A stretch of 64,000 nucleotides of DNA from the NCBI GenBank assembly GCA_964573665.1, contig CAZNKI010000010.1:1883-65882 (forward strand). Reading direction: 5' to 3'. The first letter of the stretch is position 1. Every line of letters starts with the position of its first letter. Both the position numbers and the translations under genes were made by a program. Origin of the DNA: an uncultured Candidatus Cloacimonadota bacterium (GTDB lineage: Bacteria > Cloacimonadota > Cloacimonadia > Cloacimonadales > WRIO01). The notes under the pieces are model-generated. The model was not told the origin of the DNA and did no database searches. It saw only the letters and a program-made list of their open reading frames with translations. Shown here piece by piece: positions 1 through 10,300 of this stretch.

Positions 1-1
1 G

Positions 2-493
2 CTGTTATGGGCAACACAAGGTCTAAAAGAGACCTTATTTGACGGCCGAATGACCAAAAGAACAGTTCCATCAGGCGGATCCAGGCATCCCTTTGAGACT
101 TATCTTTCCATAAATCGTGTGGAAGGATTAAAAGAAGGGATCTACCGTTATCAGGTGATGTCACATCAATTAGTGTATCTTTTTGATATCGAAGATCGTC
201 AGAAAAAAGTTGCGGAAGCATCATTAGGACAGGAATTTGCAGGAGATTGTGCCGTATGCTTTATCTGGACGGCTATACCATATCGATGTGAATGGCGTTA
301 TATGCTGGAAAGCAAAAAACTCATTCTTCAGGATAGCGGTCATCTTTGTCAAAACTTGTATCTTGCCTGTGAAGCATTGAAATTAGGGACATGTGCCATC
401 GGGGCATACGATCAGGATTTGTTTGATCAGTTGCTGAACTTGAACACAGAAGAAGAATTGACGGTTTATGTGGCTCCTGTAGGGCATATTTGA
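2..493 (+). CDS. Nitroreductase-fold protein (SagB/ThcOx-like dehydrogenase family), 5'-truncated by window edge
   Basis: The frame of the listed 50..493 ORF stays open back to nt 2 (LLWATQGLKETLFDGR precedes the listed Met). PSGGSRHPFETYL and CAIGAYDQ-type motifs are typical of the nitroreductase/SagB fold. Stop TGA at 491-493. Confidence 0.6.
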   Translation: MLWATQGLKETLFDGRMTKRTVPSGGSRHPFETYLSINRVEGLKEGIYRYQVMSHQLVYLFDIEDRQKKVAEASLGQEFAGDCAVCFIWTAIPYRCEWRYMLESKKLILQDSGHLCQNLYLACEALKLGTCAIGAYDQDLFDQLLNLNTEEELTVYVAPVGHI

Positions 494-506
494 TATTTTT
501 GCCATT

Positions 507-534
507 GCAACCAAGATGTCAGGACTAGCGCTGT
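507..534. repeat. Solitary copy of the 28-bp unit that occurs in triplicate at 31784-31911
   Basis: GCAACCAAGATGTCAGGACTAGCG matches GCTACCAAGATGTCAGGACTACG, with 21 of the first 22 nt identical. It lies between convergent gene ends (493 and 571). Confidence 0.6.
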
Positions 535-570
535 ATAAGCGGGAAACAAAATAAAGATGACGATTGAGTA

Positions 571-3078
571 TTATTGGAGGTTTTGAGTCATTAGTTCAAG
601 ATCCTGAACAACATCAGCCACTTGATTCTCTAATAGATTATAGAGTTCCATGGCTTGATCAAGAGAAGCATTTTTCCCGAGTAATTCGAGGGATTGAGCA
701 GTTTCATGAGCTAATTTTACCCAGAAGGTTTTTAAGGTACCTTTAAGTGTATGCGCCGATTTATTGAGCATTTCGCTGTTTTTTTGGAGAATCGCTTCCC
801 TGATGTTATCGAGATACTGAGGGACGACTTTGATAAACATTTCCGCAAGTTCGATCATAAACTCATTATCATTGCACTGATGTCGATTAAACTCGTTGTA
901 ATCAAAGCTCTTATATTCGATGATTTTTGTTTCTTGTTGATGTATTTCAAACTCATCAGTTTTCACAATCTCCTCAGAATCAGCATCTTCTGAGTGCTTT
1001 GTCAGTTCTTCAATTTTTTGATAGATCAATGAGATATTGATGGGTTTTGTGACATAAGTGTCCATGCCACATTTGAGGCATTTATCCAGCTCTTCCTGCA
1101 ATGCATAAGCAGTCAAAGCGATAATTGGTGTATGAATGCCACTGAATAATTCAATCTCTCTGATTTTTTTACACGCATCAATACCGTTCATTTCTGGCAT
1201 TTGTATATCCATTAGTATCAGATCAAAATGAGACTTCTGATATTTATCAACAGCTTCCAAACCATTCACAGCAATTGTAATCTGATGCCCTTCTTTAGTG
1301 AGTAAACTCTCAGCAAATCTCCGATTAATTGCCTCGTCTTCGACTAAAAGAATATTGAGTTTTCGTATGCTCTTTCGTTTTTGATTGGGGCTTAGGCTTA
1401 GTTTAATGGCATTGTCTTTGTACAGGTTTAGCAACATTGATTTTAACTCTTGCTCAGTAATGGGTTTTTTAAGAACATAATCGATCCCAAATTGTTTAGC
1501 ATAGTCAGGGACATTATATTCGCTAAGTCCTGTGATAATAATTGTTTTTATGTTACTCAAAATCTTGTCTTGATGAATATAGTTCACTATCTGCCAGCCT
1601 TCGCTATCTTTGAGTGTCAGATCAATGAGAGCTATATCATACACTTTTTGTGATTGTTTGCAGAGATCTAAAAATTTAAAGCTCTCATGTTCGGATTCTG
1701 CAGTATCCACAATCATTCCGTAGCGATTGAGCAGGTTTCGGAGATACTTTCTTAAACCTGAACTATCATCCACGACAAGTACACGTTTATTTGTCAAAAT
1801 ATCTGTCTCATTCAAGGGAGATTCCTGTGCTTGTCTAAATTCAGTTTCAATGGTAAATGAAAATGTGGATCCTTTGCCTAATTCACTTTCGACCCAGATA
1901 TGCCCATTCATGAGCATCACCAATTGTTTACAAATCGCTAAACCTAATCCCGAACCGGCATACTTCTTGGTCCTTTGTTCTTCGATTTGATAGAAGGGTT
2001 CAAAGATATTTTCCAACAACTCTTCTGAGATCCCAATACCACTATCTTTGACTGAGAATTGAAGTATGGCGTGATGTTGATCAATAATTTTCTTAAGTTT
2101 CACATGAACTTTAATTTCTCCTCTTTCAGTGAACTTAATAGAATTTCCAACAAGGTTAATCAGCAGTTGATTGATTCTTGCATGATCACCATAGATTTGA
2201 TCAGGGACATGAGTGTCCTGTTCATATATTAACTCAATACCCTTTTGATGGGCTTTAACCGTAAGTGTTTTCAACATTTTAACGATTTTTTCATTCAAAG
2301 AAAAGTCTTCATTTCTCAGCGTCATTTTACCAGCGTCAATTCTGGAATAGTCAAGAATGTCATTAATCAGATTTAAGAGGTTTTCTGAAGAAGTATTAAT
2401 TAAATCAACAAATTCTTTTTGTTCATTATTTAATGATGTTTCAGCAAGCAGATGGATGATTCCGAGAATCCCATTTAAAGGAGTACGCATTTCATGACTC
2501 ATATTTGCCAAAAAGTTACTTTGTGTAATTTTGCTTAGTTCTGCTACAAGGGTCATCTGATTAGACTGTTCTATAGATTGTTCAAGTTGTTTATTTAGAC
2601 TGTCCAACTGATGTTTCGTAGTTTCAAGTTCTTTATGATTTGTATAGAAACGATTTAAAATGATGCATTTACTGATTGCTAACTTAATTCTAAACTTCAA
2701 TTCATTGATGCTGTTGTAATTGAAAACAATATCAGTGGGAGAATATTTCCCTAACTGATCTTCAATCCCTTCAATCACTTGCGTAATTACAATAATCGTC
2801 GGAACTTTGAAAAAAAGTAAATTGAGTTGTTTTTTTATATTAGCGGGTAAAATTAAGAATATTTCAGAGTCAATAAAAAGAAGATCGATGCTGTATTTTG
2901 TAATGAATTGATCAACACGATGTGTTAAATGATCCATTTTCTGATTATCATTGATCTGTAACAGTTCGTTTTGATATTCATAATAGTTAAAAGATTGTGT
3001 TATACAATCAATCATGGCACATTTTTCTCTGATCAAATCCAACGACTTGTAAATCTCAATAATACCTATATTTATCAT
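571..3078 (-). CDS. Soluble hybrid sensor histidine kinase / response regulator with Hpt domain
   Basis: H-box MSHEMRTPLNGILG. HATPase_c boxes LINLVGNSIKFT, DSGIGI, GSGLGLAICK. Two receivers (VLVVDDSSG...ALIDLTL; ILLVEDEAINR...LILMDIQMPEMNG). C-terminal Hpt SAHTLKGTLKTF. Receiver-like N-terminus (IDLLFIDSE...VPTIIVIT) and no TM segment. ATG at 3078 is preceded by AGAGG; the listed start at 3135 is a TTG and less likely. Confidence 0.85.
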   Translation of the reverse strand: MINIGIIEIYKSLDLIREKCAMIDCITQSFNYYEYQNELLQINDNQKMDHLTHRVDQFITKYSIDLLFIDSEIFLILPANIKKQLNLLFFKVPTIIVITQVIEGIEDQLGKYSPTDIVFNYNSINELKFRIKLAISKCIILNRFYTNHKELETTKHQLDSLNKQLEQSIEQSNQMTLVAELSKITQSNFLANMSHEMRTPLNGILGIIHLLAETSLNNEQKEFVDLINTSSENLLNLINDILDYSRIDAGKMTLRNEDFSLNEKIVKMLKTLTVKAHQKGIELIYEQDTHVPDQIYGDHARINQLLINLVGNSIKFTERGEIKVHVKLKKIIDQHHAILQFSVKDSGIGISEELLENIFEPFYQIEEQRTKKYAGSGLGLAICKQLVMLMNGHIWVESELGKGSTFSFTIETEFRQAQESPLNETDILTNKRVLVVDDSSGLRKYLRNLLNRYGMIVDTAESEHESFKFLDLCKQSQKVYDIALIDLTLKDSEGWQIVNYIHQDKILSNIKTIIITGLSEYNVPDYAKQFGIDYVLKKPITEQELKSMLLNLYKDNAIKLSLSPNQKRKSIRKLNILLVEDEAINRRFAESLLTKEGHQITIAVNGLEAVDKYQKSHFDLILMDIQMPEMNGIDACKKIREIELFSGIHTPIIALTAYALQEELDKCLKCGMDTYVTKPINISLIYQKIEELTKHSEDADSEEIVKTDEFEIHQQETKIIEYKSFDYNEFNRHQCNDNEFMIELAEMFIKVVPQYLDNIREAILQKNSEMLNKSAHTLKGTLKTFWVKLAHETAQSLELLGKNASLDQAMELYNLLENQVADVVQDLELMTQNLQ

Positions 3079-3161
3079 AAAACCTCTGAAATATTTCAAA
3101 CTCTTTAAATATAAGTGTAAAACGACTTTTGTCAAATACTATTTCAGATTCTTTTGAAAAT

Positions 3162-3965
3162 TTAAAATTGAATGCTTAAATGAATCATCCTTGTATTACG
3201 ATCATTATTTTTTTCATGCAGTTTGGGGATCAATAATCCAATACCAGCACCCAAAGCAGAACCGCAGAGAATATCTGTAGGGAAGTGCTTGCCTGCATGA
3301 TATCTTAAATAGGCAATACTGCCTGCATTAATGACTAATCCAGCATTAATCCAGTTTTTATACTTCTTATAATCTTGTGTTTCATTCATGATCTGATAGG
3401 CAAACATTGCAGACAAAAATGCATGACTACTATGCCCCGAAACAAAAGAATACTGACTTTCCTGATCCAATCTTTGTTTATTACTTAAGTTTTGATTGTA
3501 AACATAAGGTCTTTTTCTTTTAAAGGCGAATTTTGTACTGCTGGTCAAAAAATGATTTATTACAAAGGCTTGAGAGTATAAGAGCATTTCAGTTTTTTTT
3601 TGATCTGAAGAAGAAGTCAGACTAATAACATAAGGAGCGATCACTTGAGCGGTTAGCAGATAATCACTGATTTTTGAAGCTGTGGGTGACCAGTTATCCA
3701 AAGCTGATTGATCAAAAGTGTTTATGTCTGATGACAAAGTCACCAGATTTGTATTGATCGAATCCGTATAAATCGCTTTATTTAGAAAGATAGAGGCGGC
3801 TACACATGAATTGAGAATTAAATAATCTTCTGGTTCATTCCAATGATAATCAGCAAACAATGATAGATTGACGGAGATTAAGCAGAGACATAAAACAATG
3901 CTTTTAAAAAAATTAAAGTACCACTGATGAAGTGGTACTCTAAAATTATAGTTATGATAAGACAT
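3162..3965 (-). CDS. PAP2-family membrane phosphatase
   Basis: PAP2 signature KRKRPYV ... SFVSGHSSHAF ... RYHAGKHFPTD (KxxxxxxRP / SGH / R..H...D), plus hydrophobic segments. Confidence 0.75.
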   Translation of the reverse strand: MSYHNYNFRVPLHQWYFNFFKSIVLCLCLISVNLSLFADYHWNEPEDYLILNSCVAASIFLNKAIYTDSINTNLVTLSSDINTFDQSALDNWSPTASKISDYLLTAQVIAPYVISLTSSSDQKKTEMLLYSQAFVINHFLTSSTKFAFKRKRPYVYNQNLSNKQRLDQESQYSFVSGHSSHAFLSAMFAYQIMNETQDYKKYKNWINAGLVINAGSIAYLRYHAGKHFPTDILCGSALGAGIGLLIPKLHEKNNDRNTRMIHLSIQF

Positions 3966-3968
3966 GAT

Positions 3969-5648
3969 TTATAATATTTCTGGTTTTGCGTGTTCTTTGA
4001 TTTGATAAATGAAATTATGTGTTCCTGCTTTGACAATGTTTTTGAGTTTATCTGCAATGACTTCAACCATGTCAATGTAATCAATCATGTTGATACCGCT
4101 AACAGCATCACATTCCGCATTTTGAATCATATCCAGCACTTTTCTTCTCATATCTTGATGATATTGGTTGATTCTTCCTTCAAGTTCGATGATCATATAG
4201 GAATGTTTTTGATCAAAATGTTTCATATATTCAAGTGATAAATCTATCATATAGACGATTTTTTTATGTAATTCGTCGATTTCTTTCATGAAATCACTAA
4301 AGAAAGGTGTTTTTTGACATAGAATTTGATTATTCAAAATTTCACTCACCTGAAGTGCATGATCACCGAGTTTTTCAAGGTCATTGACTGTATGCAGTAA
4401 AGATGGGATTTTTTTAGTGATCACATCGGAGTTTGATTTTTCGCTAATTGAGACTAAATATAAGGTGATTTCTTTTTGCAGATTATCTGTTGCATTTTCA
4501 ATTTTCTCAATTTTATCCATTTTCCGATAGTTCTTTTCTAAAAACAGATGCATTGACATTCCAATGGACAGCTTGACCAATCGAAGCATCTCACGCATTT
4601 CTGCAATAGATTGTTCAATAGCTAATTCGGGTGAATTGATTAAATGATAGTCTAAATGTCGAGGTTCACCCATTGAAATACTTTCAGTTGTATCGCCGGG
4701 AATAATCTTACAAGCTAATTTGGCTAATAAACCAGCAAAAGGAAGGAAAATGATTGTATTAAGGACATTAAAAAATGTGTGGGCATTAGCGATATGACGT
4801 GCAATGTTTTCACCAGCAAGTATGTTGCCAGGTGTTATTTTATTAATGAACAATGTATATATACCAATATAAGTCAGAAAACCAAATACAATAGTACCAA
4901 AGACATTGAAAAGAGTATGGATCATTGCTACACGTTTTGAGGTACGATTAACAGATAAAGCAGCTAACCATGCAGTAATTGTGGTACCGATATTATCACC
5001 AAAAACTAAGTATAAAGCACCTTCGTAAGGGATTAAATGATTCGTAGCCAAGACAATCACAATACCAATAGAAGCTGAAGAACTCTGAATAATCATCGTA
5101 AAAATTGTTCCTGCTAAGATACCCATAAATGGATTACTGGTAAGATTAACTAAGATATCTTTTGCCATTTGAGAATTCTGGAGAGGTTTGACAGCATCAG
5201 ACATGACGTTTAATCCGATGAATAATAAACCAAATCCAAGAATCACCATACTCCATTTTTCCATGATTCTATTTTTTCTTGCAAACAAGAGAATTACACC
5301 AATAATCACAAATAAATATGCATAATTCCCTATTTTAAAGGCTATTAGTTGAGCAGTGACTGTAGTTCCAATATTTGCACCCATAATCACACCAACTGCC
5401 TGACTTAAAGCCATAATACCAGCATTGACCAAACCGATCAGCATTACAGTAGTCGCACTACTACTTTGAATAATGCTGGTAACTGCTAAACCGACAATCA
5501 CGCCTTTTAGCGGTGTATTTGTCAGTTTTTTCAGGATTCGTTTCATTTCATTACCAGCAGCAGCTTGTAAGTTATCTGACATGATATTCATCCCAAATAA
5601 AAACAGAGCTAAGCCGCCGATCATGTTAAGAAAGATTAAAAAACTCAT
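3969..5648 (-). CDS. Na+/phosphate cotransporter family protein with C-terminal PhoU-like region
   Basis: Duplicated Na/Pi-cotransporter motifs (IQSSSATTVMLIGL and IQSSSASIGIVIVL), multiple TM helices, and a helical PhoU-like C-terminal half. Confidence 0.8.
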   Translation of the reverse strand: MSFLIFLNMIGGLALFLFGMNIMSDNLQAAAGNEMKRILKKLTNTPLKGVIVGLAVTSIIQSSSATTVMLIGLVNAGIMALSQAVGVIMGANIGTTVTAQLIAFKIGNYAYLFVIIGVILLFARKNRIMEKWSMVILGFGLLFIGLNVMSDAVKPLQNSQMAKDILVNLTSNPFMGILAGTIFTMIIQSSSASIGIVIVLATNHLIPYEGALYLVFGDNIGTTITAWLAALSVNRTSKRVAMIHTLFNVFGTIVFGFLTYIGIYTLFINKITPGNILAGENIARHIANAHTFFNVLNTIIFLPFAGLLAKLACKIIPGDTTESISMGEPRHLDYHLINSPELAIEQSIAEMREMLRLVKLSIGMSMHLFLEKNYRKMDKIEKIENATDNLQKEITLYLVSISEKSNSDVITKKIPSLLHTVNDLEKLGDHALQVSEILNNQILCQKTPFFSDFMKEIDELHKKIVYMIDLSLEYMKHFDQKHSYMIIELEGRINQYHQDMRRKVLDMIQNAECDAVSGINMIDYIDMVEVIADKLKNIVKAGTHNFIYQIKEHAKPEIL

Positions 5649-5673
5649 TCAAATCTCCATTTTTTTATTATTG

Positions 5674-5703
5674 CAAAAAAAAAGCGGAGACAAATGCTCC
5701 GCC
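5674..5703 (-). terminator. Rho-independent terminator downstream of lysS
   Basis: GCGGAG (5684-5689) / CTCCGC (5697-5702) stem. On the minus strand it is followed by a run of 9 T (A-run 5675-5683 on plus). Confidence 0.75.
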
Positions 5704-5711
5704 ATATAATA

Positions 5712-7205
5712 TCAATCATTTTTCATTTGAGGAAATAAGATCACTTCTTTTATGGAAGTATTGTTGGTGAAAAACATGATCAGGCGGTCAATCCCGATCC
5801 CTAATCCACCCATCGGAGGCATTGCATAGTCCAAAGCTTCCAGGAAATCTTCATCCACAACATTCGCTTCATCGTCACCCATTTCACGCATGTGCGCCTG
5901 ATGTTCAAGTCTTTTTCTTTGTTCAAGCGGATTATTCAATTCTGTAAAGGCATTGCCATATTCAGCACCAAGCATGAACAACTCAAAGCGTTCTACTAAA
6001 TTCGGATTATCTGGATGATTTTTTGCCAAAGGAGAGATTTCAAGAGGATAATCGATAACGAAAGTCGGTTGGATCAACTTATCTTCTACGAAAGCATCAA
6101 AGATTTCAGCGATCAATTTACCTGGTCCGTCATGTTCTTCCACTTCAATTTTGCTCTTTTTGCAAAAAGCTTTAAGTCTCTCTTTATCAAAATCAGAAAA
6201 ATCTTCTCCAGTTTGTTCTTTAATCAGTTCAAGCATTGATGCTCTTCTCCAAGGTTTTTGAAGATTGATTTCTTTTCCCTGGAAATTGATAGTTTGAGTA
6301 CCAAAAATATCTTGAGCCAGACTGCTGATCATATCTTCTGTGAGTTCAATCATACCATCTAGATCAGTGTAAGCCTGATACAATTCAATGGCAGTAAATT
6401 CTGGATTATGGGTACGATCCATTCCTTCGTTACGGAAGTTTTTGCCAATTTCATAGACACGCTCAAAACCACCGACAATAAGTCTTTTGAGATATAATTC
6501 TGTAGCAATTCTCAGATACAAGGTCATATCCAGAGTATTATGATGCGTGGTAAATGGACGAGCATTTGCACCACCGTATAAAGGCTGAAGAATAGGTGTT
6601 TCAACTTCCAAAAAGGCACGGTCATTGAGGAAATTCCGAATCCCCTGAATGATCTTTGAGCGCAATTCAAAGGTCTTACGATTATCTGGATTCAATAATA
6701 AATCCAGGTATCTTTTTCTGTATCTTAATTCAGTATCAGAAAACTCGTCGTAACGGACAATTTTTCCATCGACTTCTTTTTCTTTAACTGTTGGAATAGG
6801 GCGTATATTTTTAGATAATAAAGTCAGTTTTTTGGCAAGAACTGAGTATTCACCTGTTTGTGTGTGAATTGTCTTACCATCGACTTGTACAAAATCTCCT
6901 AAATCAAGTAATTTAAATAATTCATAATTGTCGTCACCCAGCTCATCCTGTCGGACAAAAATCTGGATTTTACCACTGATGTCCTGAATGTTAACAAAGC
7001 CAATTTTTCCTTGTCTGCGCTTTGCGGTAAGTCTGCCGACGATACTGCAAACCTGTTCATTCTCAGAAAACTGAGCTTCATTCTTCCATAACTCTTCAAT
7101 ACGGTGTGATCGTTGACAACGCGGAGGATAGGGATCTATTCCCATCTCGATCAATTTATCGAGTTTCTCTCTTCGCTGTTTTAAGAGTTGCGATTCATTA
7201 TCCAT
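5712..7205 (-). CDS. lysS: Lysine--tRNA ligase (class II)
   Basis: Full-length 497 aa. N-terminal OB anticodon-binding region and class II motifs (FRNEGMDRTHNPEFT, ELFMLGAEYGNAFTELNNP, GGLGIGIDRLIMF). RBS AAGGGAG. Confidence 0.95.
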   Translation of the reverse strand: MDNESQLLKQRREKLDKLIEMGIDPYPPRCQRSHRIEELWKNEAQFSENEQVCSIVGRLTAKRRQGKIGFVNIQDISGKIQIFVRQDELGDDNYELFKLLDLGDFVQVDGKTIHTQTGEYSVLAKKLTLLSKNIRPIPTVKEKEVDGKIVRYDEFSDTELRYRKRYLDLLLNPDNRKTFELRSKIIQGIRNFLNDRAFLEVETPILQPLYGGANARPFTTHHNTLDMTLYLRIATELYLKRLIVGGFERVYEIGKNFRNEGMDRTHNPEFTAIELYQAYTDLDGMIELTEDMISSLAQDIFGTQTINFQGKEINLQKPWRRASMLELIKEQTGEDFSDFDKERLKAFCKKSKIEVEEHDGPGKLIAEIFDAFVEDKLIQPTFVIDYPLEISPLAKNHPDNPNLVERFELFMLGAEYGNAFTELNNPLEQRKRLEHQAHMREMGDDEANVVDEDFLEALDYAMPPMGGLGIGIDRLIMFFTNNTSIKEVILFPQMKND

Positions 7206-7318
7206 TATAACTCCCTTTATTAAAATACAATTCCAAGTTCTTTATCTAATTGATATTGTCAAGATTTATGAATAAAATTTAATCAGATAAGCACTTGGCG
7301 CATTCAAAGGGATTATGT

Positions 7319-10300
7319 TTACTTCAATAAAATGAGTTTCTTAATCGATTGATTTTGAGAAGTTTTTAGTATGCAGAAGTAAATTCCAGAGGGCATATCA
7401 TGTTTACGGTCGTTTTTCCCATCCCATATCATCAGATGATCCCCTGAACTTTGATTTTCTGAAAGGAGATTTCTGATTTTTTGACCTTTGATATTGTAGA
7501 TACTCAATTCCACATGATCCGTCTCATTGAGATGGTACTGGATTTTTGTTGAAGGGTTAAATGGATTGGGATAAACAGAAGAGATTTGAGTGCTTAGTGG
7601 TTTTATTTCAGAGGAATAAGACAGATGATTATTAATCTGAAAAACACTGCTTTCATTAGGTTCAAAAGAAGATTTACCTTTTAGTAAAATACCATTTAAC
7701 ACCAACTCCTGTTGAGAGTTTTTTTGATATGCTCTGATAGATATATTATTCCCAGGAATGTATCCATTAATATTCTGTGTTTGATCAGTTTGGCTAGCAA
7801 TTAGATTAATGATGTTTTGGTTTGGATCATAACAAGTCGTTGCGACGCAATAATTGCCATCAAAAATGGCAACTTCGTCGCCTTGAGAAAGCAAGTCTGA
7901 CAGATACGCATCGTTGAGAAGATAGATATTGCAGTGCTTATAACCATTATTCCCCCATATTTTATGATAATAAGAGGGATTAAAAGTCTTTTCTTTTGAT
8001 AATGCTAAAGGTTCATGATTTAGAGTCTGATAAATAAAAGGGAAATTTAAAGTTAAATTCTGATTCACTTTAATCATATAGCCCTCACCAGGAATCAACT
8101 GATTAATTGAATTGATCCAACCAATTCCATTGATGTATTCGATACTTTGACCGCTTTCATTGATCATTTTGATCAATTGATTATTGTCTATCATAGGCTG
8201 AATCACAGTCATTGCTGAGACACTATTCTGATAGGGGACAGGCAGGTAATTCCAACCCACAGTTAGATTTACAGAACAGGGGATAGCTACAGGAGCTCCT
8301 ATGAGTGATAAAGATGTGTTCGCATTAGTTTTTAAATAATAAGCTTCTGTATTTTGCATATTGCCAATGTTATTAATCCATTGATTGAGAATACTTAGAT
8401 ATTCAAATGACTGACCGCTTTCATTCTGTACCTTGACTAATTGTCCCTGGTTGATCAAATCCTGTAAAATGACATTCATATTGCTATTATCTGGGATTAC
8501 ATTGAAGGATACAACATTCCAGCCATTACTCAGGCTAACATTTTGTGTTAAAGCGTTGATAATTTCAATATCGATATCGGTTGTTACATCGGGGATGAAA
8601 CTCGTTTGTCCATTTGGAATCGTAACGTTAATCAGATAATTTGGAATTTCATTTTGTTGCGTGGATTGCCAAATCCTAAAACTAATCGGATTTCCATCTA
8701 TGAATCCATCAATTTGAGGAGTATTCGGATGATCTTTAGAAGTGACAATTGAATAATTATCACGACCTGTCAGATACATCATACTACCAACACAATTTAA
8801 ACCATCGTATATGGCAATTTCATCTCCAATATTTAAACCCAGATTAAGTAAAGTTGTATCTGAAAAATTAAAAATCATTGGCTGATATGCTTCGCCTGTC
8901 CAGATCGGAGTGAAATAACTATTAATGCCTCCCGTTATTTGAATCTGGATTTGAGGATGCTGCGTATCATTTGTAGTTATCGTAATGACTCCATCATAAT
9001 ATTGTAAACTCAGTGGAGAAAAATATATATTAAAATCATGATAAGAGTTTGCTGAAATGGTATATGCAAGAGTTGTCTGATTCTCGACGTTGATATAAAA
9101 AGCAGTGGGGACACTCACTTGTCCAGTAAGAGGAGCATTTCCAATATTGTAAAGTCTGATCGTCCTTTGAGAGGCTTGATTGCCAAAATCAATAGGGGTT
9201 TGATCAATATAAGCATAAGCGCTTTGTGTTCCAGAATCATTATCTCCTGGAAGAATTACCTGATCCAGCCAAGCGCAATCTGATCCGCTGATCTCACTGC
9301 CATCTTTACTGTACACCCATTTAAAAGTATGATTTCCCGCGGATACTGGGTATTCTGCCTGAGACCAATCTACTGTTCCTGACCATGAGCCTGTAAGTGT
9401 ATTATCAACGTAAAACTTGAAATAGTCGTATCCTGATTCACTACTTACTTTGTATTTAAACTTTATAACAGATGCATTACTACATTGATTGATGACACTT
9501 AACTGTGTACTGTTGCTGTGACCAATGGCACCTGTTTTGGCACTTTTTGAACCATGAATAGCGTTAGTATTGTCGATCGTCCATGGGATTGAACTTGTAT
9601 TTGTCCATGGAAAGGCATTAAAGTTTGCATTTTCAAAGCTATCAATTTTTAAACCCATCGTATATTGGATATTATACTGAAGGACAAAATAAGTAAAATC
9701 AATTGTAAGACCTAACAAGAAAGTGTTTGTAGGACAATTGGCTGAAATTATTGCTTGAATATTTAAATTCTGTGAAGATCCTGAATTTATAGAAGGTAAG
9801 TCAAACTCAGTCTGTGGTAAGCTAATAAATGGATTGTTGCTGTTTAAATGTGCAATTGTCGTTAAACTTGCCATCAAACCCGTATTCGTTAAAGGGATAT
9901 TAAGCATCACCGTCTCTCCAGCATCTGGATTAAGATTGTTGTTGCCTGAGTTATCCGTGATGACAATATTCCCAACACTAATTACAGGAGCTTTTAAAAG
10001 TATCACAAAAGGATAGATCCATTGATGTCCCTGATTGTCTGAAATAGTAATTTGCATGGTGGCATCTGTATTGTTTGGACAATTTAAAGCGCTTTGTATA
10101 GATATTTGACTCATCACAGATACCGATTGCCCGATGATCATCTGATTCAGTTGATAAGATCCATTGATAACACTGATATAAGGGCTTTGAGAACTGATAT
10201 TTACATTCAGATTGTTTAAATTTGTTGTTCCAATATTCTCAAGTTGAAAATTCAAGAATGACTGAGTATTAGTATTGATTGACAAATTGCCATTTGAAGC

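Noticed and set aside
751-1990. Plus-strand ORFs 564..746, 751..993, 1450..1653 and 1727..1990, antisense to the histidine kinase gene
   Set aside because: They lie entirely within a well-supported minus-strand gene, have low-complexity AT-biased composition, and show no RBS or recognisable motifs.
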